From an uncultured Candidatus Saccharibacteria bacterium (lineage in GTDB: Bacteria; Patescibacteriota; Minisyncoccia; Phycocordibacterales; XYD1-FULL-46-19): a stretch of DNA of 64,000 bases. Within the stretch, counting starts at the first letter, position 1. Every line of letters starts with the position of its first letter. Location: contig CAZXCI010000001.1 in assembly GCA_964639285.1 (NCBI GenBank), positions 219,757-283,756 of the forward strand, written 5' to 3'. Under the pieces are notes generated by a model that was not told the DNA's origin, did no database searches, and was given only the letters and a program-made list of their open reading frames with translations. The position numbers and the translations under genes are program-made. Positions 48,158-57,208 of this stretch are shown here, piece by piece.

Positions 48158-49528
48158 TTATAGCAACCGCCCGCGTAATTTTCTATGGTAAAACAGTGCA
48201 AAACGGTGAGCTTCACTATTGGCCAGAATTATGGCTTTGCGATAATCGCGAATAATCGCCGAGTCACCGATTAATTTCCCCACTTTATGTCTGTCGTTTT
48301 TAGTCACGGCAATGATCTGTGCTCTGTTTAGCGCCGTGCGATTTCTCACAACAGAATCGGCCACATTAACTTGCACCTGATTCCCATCAACCACAATAAC
48401 ATCGGGGTAAGGCCACTCCGTGTGAGCCAAGCGACGTTCGAGAATCTCGCGCAAATTAGCGAGGTCATCAACTTGTTTGGCTTTTGATCCTTTTAGTTTA
48501 AACTTTTTGTATTTACTCTTATCCATTTCGCCGTCTTGCCAGACAACCATCGCCCCCGCAGTATTCGTTCCCGAGAGATGGGCAATGTCATAGGCTTCAA
48601 TCCGAATTGAATGAGTCATAATTTGCGTCCGAGGTCTCTCCTCTGGTGAGTTCGAGGTGAGTCCTCGGGCCCCTTTGAGCAGCGACACATCTCGAATATG
48701 ATTCAAAGCGAAGATTTGATCACGAACTTGCCCCGCTTTTTCGAACTCTCGCTTCTTTGACAAGTTCTTCATCTCTTTTTCCAAACTCTTCAAAATTTCT
48801 TGTTTTTTACCAGAAAAAAGAAGTTTAATGTTTCGCACAATTTTCCGATAATCCGTCTTAGAAATTTCCCCCGTGCAGACACCGGGACAAAGTCCGATCT
48901 GGCGATTGAAACAAGAACGACACCGGTCGCGAGGAGAGACCTCGGCCTGCCCGCAATGCTTTGTAACGCAAGGCAGGCGGGGCTCACTTGAGGACTCACC
49001 TCCCGATCTGCAGGGCAAGCATTTATCCCGAAACGGGAAAATTTTACGAATAATCTTCAGCGCCTCTTTAATTTCACTCGCATAAGGAAACGGCCCAAAT
49101 TGTGCGAGATTGGATATCGCACAATAAGGATATTTTAGTTCTTGGCCACGGACAAGGAGGACACGGGGGAAGTCTTCGTCAGTAATAATGACATACCAAT
49201 AGCTCTTGTCATCTTTTTCTCGCGAATTATATTTGGGTTGATGCTTCTTAATCAATTCGGTCTCCAACAATAGCGCTTCTAAGACAGAATCTGTCTCCTG
49301 CCACTCTACCTTATCCGCAATCTCAACCATACGCCAAATCTTGGGTCCTCTCTTCGCCACGCCGGAGCCTTCGGCGAAGGCTGGGCCAATATCACCAACA
49401 AAATAACTCCGCACTCGATCCTTGAGCGAAGTCGCTTTGCCGACGTAGAGGAGACTTTTCCCCCGTTTGAAGAAATAAACCCCTGGCTTATCTGGCAATT
49501 TATATTTTTTTACATCTTGACTATTCAT
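48158..49528 (-). CDS. uvrC: excinuclease UvrC (no C-terminal HhH) with multiple palindromic insertions
   Basis: GIY-YIG motif PGVYFF..LYVGKA; IEAYDIAH and VVDG motifs. Confidence 0.92.
   Translation of the reverse strand: MNSQDVKKYKLPDKPGVYFFKRGKSLLYVGKATSLKDRVRSYFVGDIGPAFAEGSGVAKRGPKIWRMVEIADKVEWQETDSVLEALLLETELIKKHQPKYNSREKDDKSYWYVIITDEDFPRVLLVRGQELKYPYCAISNLAQFGPFPYASEIKEALKIIRKIFPFRDKCLPCRSGGESSSEPRLPCVTKHCGQAEVSPRDRCRSCFNRQIGLCPGVCTGEISKTDYRKIVRNIKLLFSGKKQEILKSLEKEMKNLSKKREFEKAGQVRDQIFALNHIRDVSLLKGARGLTSNSPEERPRTQIMTHSIRIEAYDIAHLSGTNTAGAMVVWQDGEMDKSKYKKFKLKGSKAKQVDDLANLREILERRLAHTEWPYPDVIVVDGNQVQVNVADSVVRNRTALNRAQIIAVTKNDRHKVGKLIGDSAIIRDYRKAIILANSEAHRFALFYHRKLRGRLL
48629..48668. repeat. 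CGAGG..CCTCG paired element in uvrC
   Basis: ccgaggtctctcctc-tggtgagtt-cgaggtgagtcctcgg. Confidence 0.7.
48930..49002. repeat. mnmA-type element with a nested 36 bp CCTGCC-family insert in uvrC
   Basis: cgaggagagacctcgg[48946-48981]gctcacttgaggactcacctc. Confidence 0.85.
49101..49138. repeat. RAYT-associated REP plus tail, in-frame in uvrC
   Basis: tgtgcga-gattggata-tcgcaca-ataaggatattttag; same arms and tail as 14051-14088 with the loop inverted. Confidence 0.85.
49352..49385. repeat. hairpin element in the uvrC GIY-YIG domain
   Basis: 29/34 identical to dnaK 11521-11554. Confidence 0.75.
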
Positions 49529-49549
49529 GTTTTATCGTCAAAAAATTTT

Positions 49550-52177
49550 TTATTTTTTTCTCAACGCCCTTTTGAGATACTTCGCCGTGAAAGAGCCCGG
49601 GGCGTAGGCCACTTCCTCAGGTGTCCCTTTGGCCACCAAGTCACCGCCCCCAAGACCGCCATCCGGACCCATGTCAATAATATAATCAGCACATTTGATC
49701 ACCTCCATATTGTGCTCGATCACCACCACGGTATTCCCCTTCTCTACTAATTTCTGCAAAATATTATTCAAATTTTTCACATCTTCATAGTGCAGACCAA
49801 TCGTCGGTTCATCGAGAATATAAATTGTTCGCTCGGTATGCGGACGATAAAGTTCGGAAGAGATCTTCACCCGTTGCGCTTCACCGCCCGACAAGTCGGT
49901 CGCTGATTGACCAAGTTCGAGATAACCCAGACCCACATCATTAAGAGTTTTGAGTCGATCATAAATGGCTGGGATATCGTTGAAGAACCCTAAAGCTTCT
50001 TCAATCGTCATATGGAGAATCTGACTAATATTTTCCTTTTTATATTGTACCTCGAGCGTATCTTTCTCATAACGAGTGCCTAAACATAAGTCACAAGGAA
50101 CATAGATGGTTGGCAGGAAATGCATCTCTACCGCCACTTCGCCATTACCCCGACAAGCCTCACAACGCCCGCCCTGCACGTTGAAGGAAAAGCGCGAAGC
50201 CTTCCATCCTCTGGCTCGAGCGAGAGCTGTCTCAGCCAAGAGTTCACGAATGAAGGTGAACGCGCCGGTATAAGTGGCTGGATTCGAGCGTGGCGTTCGA
50301 CCAATCGGTGATTGATCAATCATCACGACGCGACTAAGATATTCGCTCCCTGAGAATTCTCGGCAATTAAATAATTCATTTGTGCGATAACGTCGCTCCA
50401 GTCGCGCCTGCAAATTTTTAAACAAAATTTCGTAAACCAAAGATGATTTACCCGAACCTGATACCCCCGTGATCGCCACAAGTTTCCCTAGAGGAATATC
50501 AACATTAAGATTTTTAATATTGAAGATTTGGCCTCCCCGAATTTTGATTGTCCCCTTATCTTTGCTCCGGCGATTCTCGGGGACGGGGATTTCTTTGTCC
50601 CCGCGCAAATAATCAACAGTTAGAGAATTATGATCATTTTTCTTCGAAGTCAGGAGTTTGTCTGTCTCACCCGCCACCACAATTTCTCCACCATGAACAC
50701 CGGCTCCCGGCCCAATATCCACAAGATAGTCGGAGGCAAAAATTGTGTCTTCGTCATGTTCAACGACGACAATAGAATTACCAAGATCGCGCAATTCGAG
50801 CAAGGTTTTTATCAAGCGATCATTGTCACGGGCATGCAAACCAATTGTCGGCTCATCGAGTACATAGAGAGTCCCCACCAAGCGTGAACCAAGCTGAGAC
50901 GCCAAACGTATACGTTGAGCTTCACCACCAGAGAGAGTGTCCGCCCGACGATTAAGAGCAATATAATCCAAACCAACATCATTTAAGAACTTCAGGCGAG
51001 CGCCAATCTCTTTAGTCAGAACTTCAGAAATCGCTTTATCCTTAGGTGATAATTTAAGAGTGTCAAAAAATTTCTTAGCTTCGCCAATGGATAAAGCGAC
51101 GAGGTCGACAATATTTTCATTAAAAATTTTCACTTCGAGGGCTTCGGGGCGAAGCCTGGCCCCCAAACAAGTCTCACAGACTTCGTTACCCCACATATGC
51201 TTGGTTCCCAAACCATGACAAGCGGGACAAGCCCCATAAGGAGAATTGAAGGAGAAGAGGCGAGGCTCAATCTCGGGGAAAGAGAAACCGTCATGGGGGC
51301 AAGCAAATTTTGACGACAAGAGGGAAGTCTCCCCTCCGATGATAATCTTAATTAAACCGTCAGATTCTTTGAGCGCTCGCTCCACCCCCTCGGTTAAGCG
51401 TTCGTTAGCTGAGTCAAATTTAGCAATGGCAACAATCTTGCTAAGTTCGCCCCGCGTAGCTTTAGCGGAGTGGGGCTTCGCGATAAAATCGGACAAGTTT
51501 ATCTCATCCACTACTACATCAATATCGTGTTTCTTGGTTTTAGTGAGAATTATTCTTTCGCGTAATTTATATTTTTTATTATCAATCAAAACTTCTGAAT
51601 AACCCTTCTCAATCAGATCATAGAGAAGTTGATAATATTCACCTTTTCTCCCTTTCACTACCGGCGCCAGCAATGTGACTGAGGTAAAGGCAGAGAGAGA
51701 TCGTTTTTCGCGTAGCAAAATGGGGTCTCGCGGAGCTTCTTCTATTTTATTTTTTACAAAATTCACAATCTCCTCATGTGAAAGTTTTTCGATCCGTGTT
51801 CCACAGACAGGGCAATAGGGCTGACCAATTCGAGCATATAGCACCCGTAGATAATCATAAATCTCGGTAATAGTAGCAACAGTTGAACGTGGATTATGTG
51901 ATCGTGACTTCTGATCAATGGAGATGGCGGGCGAGAGACCGGTAATCTCATCGACGTCAGGCTTAGGTAATTGCTTCAAAAATTGACGAGCGTAAGCTGA
52001 GAGCGATTCCACATAACGACGTTGGCCCTCGGCAAAAATTGTGTCAAAAGCGAGGCTAGACTTGCCCGAACCCGAAAGACCAGTAAAAACCACCAACTTA
52101 TTGCGTGGTATTTCTAAACTCACATTCTTGAGATTATGAGTCCGAGCCCCCTTAATTTTGATTTTTTGTTCTTCCAC
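49550..52177 (-). CDS. uvrA: excinuclease UvrA
   Basis: [26 protein letters not shown] motif; two ABC cassettes; Zn fingers. Confidence 0.97.
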   Translation of the reverse strand: MEEQKIKIKGARTHNLKNVSLEIPRNKLVVFTGLSGSGKSSLAFDTIFAEGQRRYVESLSAYARQFLKQLPKPDVDEITGLSPAISIDQKSRSHNPRSTVATITEIYDYLRVLYARIGQPYCPVCGTRIEKLSHEEIVNFVKNKIEEAPRDPILLREKRSLSAFTSVTLLAPVVKGRKGEYYQLLYDLIEKGYSEVLIDNKKYKLRERIILTKTKKHDIDVVVDEINLSDFIAKPHSAKATRGELSKIVAIAKFDSANERLTEGVERALKESDGLIKIIIGGETSLLSSKFACPHDGFSFPEIEPRLFSFNSPYGACPACHGLGTKHMWGNEVCETCLGARLRPEALEVKIFNENIVDLVALSIGEAKKFFDTLKLSPKDKAISEVLTKEIGARLKFLNDVGLDYIALNRRADTLSGGEAQRIRLASQLGSRLVGTLYVLDEPTIGLHARDNDRLIKTLLELRDLGNSIVVVEHDEDTIFASDYLVDIGPGAGVHGGEIVVAGETDKLLTSKKNDHNSLTVDYLRGDKEIPVPENRRSKDKGTIKIRGGQIFNIKNLNVDIPLGKLVAITGVSGSGKSSLVYEILFKNLQARLERRYRTNELFNCREFSGSEYLSRVVMIDQSPIGRTPRSNPATYTGAFTFIRELLAETALARARGWKASRFSFNVQGGRCEACRGNGEVAVEMHFLPTIYVPCDLCLGTRYEKDTLEVQYKKENISQILHMTIEEALGFFNDIPAIYDRLKTLNDVGLGYLELGQSATDLSGGEAQRVKISSELYRPHTERTIYILDEPTIGLHYEDVKNLNNILQKLVEKGNTVVVIEHNMEVIKCADYIIDMGPDGGLGGGDLVAKGTPEEVAYAPGSFTAKYLKRALRKK
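51446..51475. repeat. 30 bp hairpin element in uvrA
   Basis: ttcgccccgcgtagctttagcggagtgggg aligns with the reverse complement of 11399-11428. Confidence 0.75.
51692..51733. repeat. imperfect hairpin insert in uvrA
   Basis: gagatcgttttt-cgcgtagc-aaaatggggtctc; loop shared with the uvrB element. Confidence 0.55.
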
Positions 52178-52259
52178 CCCGTTAGAAATAGATCGCGATC
52201 TATGAATAAATAATAATCTCTTTAGACTCTCTCGTTAGCCATCGCGGTTTCTAACGGGA
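52178..52259. mobile_element. CCCGTTAGAAA inverted-repeat element abutting the uvrA start codon
   Basis: cccgttagaaatagatcgcgat...atcgcggtttctaacggga. Confidence 0.75.
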
Positions 52260-52334
52260 TTCATAATCGAAATCCCCTCTGGTTTTCCCATAGGGTGATA
52301 GAGCGATTATAACATACGAGTCAAACTTTGGGAA

Positions 52335-54113
52335 TTAAGCAATAAATCCTCCTGCTTGGAGTTGCCAGAGCTTGGCATAGATGCCACCAATTTGTTTAGA
52401 AAGATCGCTGTGAGTTCCCTCTTCGACAATCTTACCTTTTTCAATCACGATTATTCGATCCGCATGACGAATAGTAGACAAACGATGAGCAATAACCAAA
52501 ACCGTCTTCCCCCTCATCAGTTCATTAAGTGCTTCTTGAATCAAGTGTTCAGATTCTGAATCAAGACTAGAGGTCGCTTCGTCAAGAACTAAAATCGGTG
52601 CATTACGCAAAATGGCACGAGCAATCGCCACCCGCTGACGCTCTCCACCCGAGAGCTTGATTCCCCGTTCACCGACAAAAGTGTCATAACCTTTTTCTTG
52701 TTTAATAATAAAATCATGACAGCGAGCTTTTTGAGCCGCTTCCATCACTTGCTCATCCGTAGCCTCAGGCCGACCATAACGAATATTCTCCTTGAGCGTT
52801 CGGTGGAATAGGATAGGGTCTTGAGGAACGAGACTAATATTACGCCAGAGACTTTCTTGAGTCACTTTGGTGATATCTTGATTATCAATCGTAATTTGCC
52901 CAGAAGAGAGATCGTGCATGCGCAAAATTAATTTGATGATCGTTGTTTTGCCCGCCCCAGACGAACCAATAAAAGCCACCTTCTCTCCAGACTTAATATT
53001 GAGACTAAGATTATCAAGAACTGTTCGTCCCTGCCGGCCATATTTGAAGACAACATTATTGAAGTTTATTTCCCCCGCTTTAACTTTAAGTTTTTTGGCC
53101 CTAGGGGCGTCCTGGATCTCCGGCGGGGTCATCAATATCTCGGTCATTTCTTCAGCATCAGAGAGAGATTGGAAGATTCGACGCATCACATTACCAAGCC
53201 CCCAAATTTTATAAAAGAGAGTGATGAGATAGGCTTGAATTAACGCAAAGTCACCAATAGTAATGAGACCCTTAACCCATAGCCTCACAGCTAAATAAAT
53301 AATAAAAATTTCTAAGGCTGAAGCTAAGAAATCTTGAGCAGCACCAAAATAATTTTCCAAATCCCAGGTAAAAAGACGAGCCTTCTTGACCTTGTCGGTT
53401 GAACGAGAAAAACTCTCAACCTCATTTTGATAACCAGTAAAAAGTTTGATGTTGGCATTATTGACGATGCCGTCAGCTAAGAGACCTGAATTTTCTGACT
53501 CGGCCTCATTGCGCAAGGCGTCATACCTTAACTTGTAGATAGCAAAAAATCCGTTAACCGTGAGAAAAACGACCATCCAAACAACTAGCGATAAGGCTAG
53601 CCAAATGCTTGTAAAAGCGAGGACTATCACAATAACAATAGCCGAGATAACAAAGGGGATAATATCCCAAACCAAACGATCAGTTAGAGCCTCAAAGGCT
53701 CCAGTGAACCACTTCATCTTTTTGGTCAGAGTGCCAGTAAAATTATTATTGAAAAAAGAAAAAGAGTGTAAATGCAAACGGGCAAAACAAAAATTAGAGA
53801 GACCAGCCATAGTCCCAGATTCAAAGCGGGCGAGAACCTGATTAGCTAGACGTAAGGCCAGCCATTGGACGAAATAAAGAAGGGCCACCCACCAGACAAT
53901 TGCCAGCAAAGAGGTTAAAAGCTCAGCCCGAGTCGAGAGCAAATCAGAAGAGGCAAGAAGATTAAATAATTTTTTGTAGAAAAGAGGGGCAATCAATCCA
54001 GCCACCATATTAAGCGCTACCGCAAAAATCAACAAAGATATGGCTACTTTATATTTCCTCGCCTCAGCCCAATAAAAACCAAGGGTTTCCTTAATTTTGT
54101 TATTTTTCTTCAT
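52335..54113 (-). CDS. ABC exporter, fused TMD-NBD (MsbA/ATM1-like)
   Basis: 6 TM helices; GSSGAGKTT, LSGGERQR and LDEATSSLD motifs. Confidence 0.93.
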   Translation of the reverse strand: MKKNNKIKETLGFYWAEARKYKVAISLLIFAVALNMVAGLIAPLFYKKLFNLLASSDLLSTRAELLTSLLAIVWWVALLYFVQWLALRLANQVLARFESGTMAGLSNFCFARLHLHSFSFFNNNFTGTLTKKMKWFTGAFEALTDRLVWDIIPFVISAIVIVIVLAFTSIWLALSLVVWMVVFLTVNGFFAIYKLRYDALRNEAESENSGLLADGIVNNANIKLFTGYQNEVESFSRSTDKVKKARLFTWDLENYFGAAQDFLASALEIFIIYLAVRLWVKGLITIGDFALIQAYLITLFYKIWGLGNVMRRIFQSLSDAEEMTEILMTPPEIQDAPRAKKLKVKAGEINFNNVVFKYGRQGRTVLDNLSLNIKSGEKVAFIGSSGAGKTTIIKLILRMHDLSSGQITIDNQDITKVTQESLWRNISLVPQDPILFHRTLKENIRYGRPEATDEQVMEAAQKARCHDFIIKQEKGYDTFVGERGIKLSGGERQRVAIARAILRNAPILVLDEATSSLDSESEHLIQEALNELMRGKTVLVIAHRLSTIRHADRIIVIEKGKIVEEGTHSDLSKQIGGIYAKLWQLQAGGFIA

Positions 54114-54223
54114 AAGACAAAGAAGGCCTTTCGGCTTTTTTCATTATACCACAAAAATATTATTAATAGAAAAAGGCCGGCGTTCCTCCACGCCGGCCAT
54201 TAGTATCTGCATCGTCACCGTTG

Positions 54224-54379
54224 CTAGCCAACTTTAATTTTCTTATGTCGACCTTCTTTGTGACGCGTAGCCTTTTTACAATGCTGGCAAAAAGCTTGCC
54301 CTCCCGAGAGCCTCACCGTATGAACCTCTCGACAAACCTCACATGTCGCTCTTACCTTGTCTGCCGCCGGTTTGCACAT
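54224..54379 (-). CDS. 51 aa zinc-ribbon protein with a bL33-like motif (not in the ORF track)
   Basis: MCKPAADKVRATCEVCREVHTVRLSGGQAFCQHCKKATRHKEGRHKKIKVG; SD AAGGAG; TTGACA-N17-TATCCT at 54474-54446; terminator at 54172-54200. Confidence 0.65.
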   Translation of the reverse strand: MCKPAADKVRATCEVCREVHTVRLSGGQAFCQHCKKATRHKEGRHKKIKVG

Positions 54380-54482
54380 TCATCCTCTCCTTCTATCTGT
54401 TTTTACCAAAGACACAAAAAAATACGTTGAACAAAACCTCTTACTAGGATAGCAACGCCCAAAGAGCTTGTCAATTTTTAGG

Positions 54483-55034
54483 CTATCTCTTAATAAACTT
54501 AAGCTCGCTGGCTAAACTTTGTTCTTTAAGGATATTTTTTAAGCTAGCTAAAGCTTCAACCAACTCACCGTTGTTGTTAATAACTTTTTCGTCTGGGATA
54601 ACGATGTTTTTTATATCTCTCCCTAAATTCTCAAGGTCTTCTCTTGAATTATGCCTGGGACGTTTAGCCCGTTCAAGAGTCTCTTCTAATTCTAAAAGCT
54701 TTTCTAAATCTCTTTCTACTCTAAACCAGACAGTTTCAACTCCCTTTTCCTGACAGAAAGATCTTAGCCTCTCGACAAATTCTTTATCTCGTAATAATTC
54801 CTCACAGACAAGAGTTGCAATACCCTTGGCTTCGGCTTGAGCCAAATATTCAAGAGTAGCCTCATAAGCTTTAGCTCTAATTTCTGGCCAGGTAAATTGC
54901 CCGGGGAAATCTTTCATGATTTGGGTTTTCAAATAATCAATATGCAAAACTTCAGCCCCAAGATCCGCCGCTAATTTGTTGGCTAATTCTGTTTTCCCCG
55001 AACCTGGGAGACCTCTTATGATTATGAGCTTCAT
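54483..55034 (-). CDS. P-loop kinase/AAA-family protein
   Basis: IIIRGLPGSGKT motif. Confidence 0.8.
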   Translation of the reverse strand: MKLIIIRGLPGSGKTELANKLAADLGAEVLHIDYLKTQIMKDFPGQFTWPEIRAKAYEATLEYLAQAEAKGIATLVCEELLRDKEFVERLRSFCQEKGVETVWFRVERDLEKLLELEETLERAKRPRHNSREDLENLGRDIKNIVIPDEKVINNNGELVEALASLKNILKEQSLASELKFIKR

Positions 55035-55048
55035 CTTTCGATTATAAG

Positions 55049-57208
55049 TTATTGATTGCTTTTCTCCAACTCACGAATCTCGTCACGGAGGATGGCAGCG
55101 GTTTCGAAGTCGAGATTCTTGACTGCTTCGGACATTTGTTTATTTTTTTCTTTAATCAATTTCTTATAACCCTTCTTATCAAGATCAAGCGTCTCAATCG
55201 CCAGCAAATTGGCCACCGCCTTATGACGATCCCCAGCAATCGAGTCAGTAATGTCATGAATTTTCTTAGAAATAGAAATGGGGGTGATTTTGTGTTTTTT
55301 GTTATAAGCCAGCTGGATAGTGCGACGACGATTGGTCTCATCAATCGCCTTCTTCATTGAGCCAGTCACAACATCAGCATAAAGAATTACTCGCCCAGCC
55401 AAATTACGAGCCGCCCGACCGATAGTCTGAATTAAGGAAACTTCAGAACGCAAAAACCCCTCCTTATCAGCATCAAGAATCCCGATGAAAGAGACCTCGG
55501 GCAAGTCCAAGCCCTCACGCAAGAGGTTCACTCCCACCAAGCAGTCAAAAGTTCCTCGACGAAATTCGGTGAGAATCTTAATGCGCTCCAAGGTCTTAAC
55601 CTCACTGTGGAGATACTCCGACTTCACCCCCTCGTTCTTGAGATACTCGGCGAGATCCTCGGCCATCTTCTTGGTGAGAGTGGTGGCAATCACGCGATGA
55701 CCACTTTTAATTTCTTTTTGTGCTTCTACTATAAAATCTTTTATCTGGCCATCGTAAGCCCGGCAGTTTGAAGTCGTATCTCGCGTAGCCAGATCCGACT
55801 TCGAACTGCCAGATCCGAGGACTTTCTGAGAAGCAGAGTTCTTCTTCGGAGTTATTCTTGAAATTATGGGCCTAATTTTGACCATTGGATCAATCAACCC
55901 AGTCGGACGGATAATTTGTTCGACAACGCCCTTTCCTTCACTTTTTTCAAGTTCATACTCACCTGGTGTGGCACTGGTATAGATAACTTGACCAACCCGT
56001 TCTTCAAATTCGGGGAACCTAAGGGGGCGATTATCAAGCGCGGAGGGAAGACGAAAACCATACTCAACTAAATTCTTCTTGCGACTCTCATCACCAGCAA
56101 ACATCCCCCGAATTTGTGGTACCGCCACATGCGATTCATCAATAATGGTCAAAAAGTCAGCGACCTTCTTCGCATGAGAACCTGTCCCGAGCGTAGTCGA
56201 GGGGAAGTAGTCAAGCAAAGTCGCTGGCGCCTCCCCCTTCTTCCGCCCCGTTAGGTGACGCGAATAATTCTCAATTCCATTGCAATAACCCACCTCCTTA
56301 ATCATCGCGAGGTCATAATTGGTTCGTCTTTTTAATCTCTCGGCCTCAAGCAACTTCCCCTCTTTATTTAATTCCTTCAATCTCGTCTCAAGCTCTAATT
56401 TTATAGATTTTATCGCGCGATCACGGTCTTCTTGACTAGTGATGAAGTGCTTGGCCGGATAAATATAGGTTTCTCGGGGCGTACTAATGATCCGCCGGGA
56501 AATAGAATCAACGATCAAAATTTCACCAACTCTACTTGCCCCGTCATGAGAGGAGTCAGCCACCATTTTCAAATTCACAATCTCACGGCTACCCGGCAAC
56601 ATAATCTCGATGGAGTTACCAATCGCGCGGAAGGTGCCCGGAGTTAAGTCAGCATTTGTTCGTTCAAAATAAACATTGATTAATTTCTCAATAATTTCCT
56701 GACGCGTATATTTGTCACCCACCAAGAGACGCACGAAGCTCTTGGCATATTCCTCCGGACTCCCTAAGCCATAAATACACGAAACCGAAGCGACAATAAT
56801 CACATCACGCCGAGTAAGCAAGGCCTCGGTGGAAGCATAGCGCAAACGCTCAATTTCTTCGTTAATGCTGGCGTCCTTCTCGATATAAGTATCAGAGTGA
56901 GCAATATAGGCTTCGGGTTGATAATAATCGTAATAAGAGACAAAATAATGCACGGCCGCATCAGGGAAAAAATCGCGATACTCTTGGGCCAATTGGGCCG
57001 CCAAGGTCTTGTTGTGAGCGATTACCAGGGTTGGCTTATTGTGCTCGGCAATCACATTGGCCATGGTGAAGGTCTTGCCCGAGCCCGTCACACCCAACAA
57101 GGTCTGATGCTTGAGACCTTCCTTAAGCCCCTTAACCAGCGCCTCAATCGCTCGTGGTTGGTCACCAGCTGGGGCAAACTTAGATTGTAATTTAAAAATC
57201 TTGGCCAT
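55049..57208 (-). CDS. uvrB: excinuclease UvrB with palindromic insertions
   Basis: LLGVTGSGKTFT, FVSYYDYYQPEAY, IDESH and NLLREGLDLPEV motifs; C-terminal UVR domain. Confidence 0.97.
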   Translation of the reverse strand: MAKIFKLQSKFAPAGDQPRAIEALVKGLKEGLKHQTLLGVTGSGKTFTMANVIAEHNKPTLVIAHNKTLAAQLAQEYRDFFPDAAVHYFVSYYDYYQPEAYIAHSDTYIEKDASINEEIERLRYASTEALLTRRDVIIVASVSCIYGLGSPEEYAKSFVRLLVGDKYTRQEIIEKLINVYFERTNADLTPGTFRAIGNSIEIMLPGSREIVNLKMVADSSHDGASRVGEILIVDSISRRIISTPRETYIYPAKHFITSQEDRDRAIKSIKLELETRLKELNKEGKLLEAERLKRRTNYDLAMIKEVGYCNGIENYSRHLTGRKKGEAPATLLDYFPSTTLGTGSHAKKVADFLTIIDESHVAVPQIRGMFAGDESRKKNLVEYGFRLPSALDNRPLRFPEFEERVGQVIYTSATPGEYELEKSEGKGVVEQIIRPTGLIDPMVKIRPIISRITPKKNSASQKVLGSGSSKSDLATRDTTSNCRAYDGQIKDFIVEAQKEIKSGHRVIATTLTKKMAEDLAEYLKNEGVKSEYLHSEVKTLERIKILTEFRRGTFDCLVGVNLLREGLDLPEVSFIGILDADKEGFLRSEVSLIQTIGRAARNLAGRVILYADVVTGSMKKAIDETNRRRTIQLAYNKKHKITPISISKKIHDITDSIAGDRHKAVANLLAIETLDLDKKGYKKLIKEKNKQMSEAVKNLDFETAAILRDEIRELEKSNQ
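55765..55833. repeat. hairpin element plus a tgt-shared arm in uvrB
   Basis: ggcagtttgaagtcgtatct-cgcgtagcc-agatccgacttcgaactgcc, then agatccgaggactttctgaga (SQKVLGS, also in tgt). Confidence 0.8.
56181..56204. repeat. short hairpin insert in uvrB
   Basis: cctgtcccgagcgtagtcgagggg, encoding PSTTLGTG. Confidence 0.6.

Noticed and set aside
54339-54383. 14-codon ORF from the ATG at 54383
   Set aside because: The overlapping ATG at 54379 has better SD spacing and gives the Zn-ribbon protein
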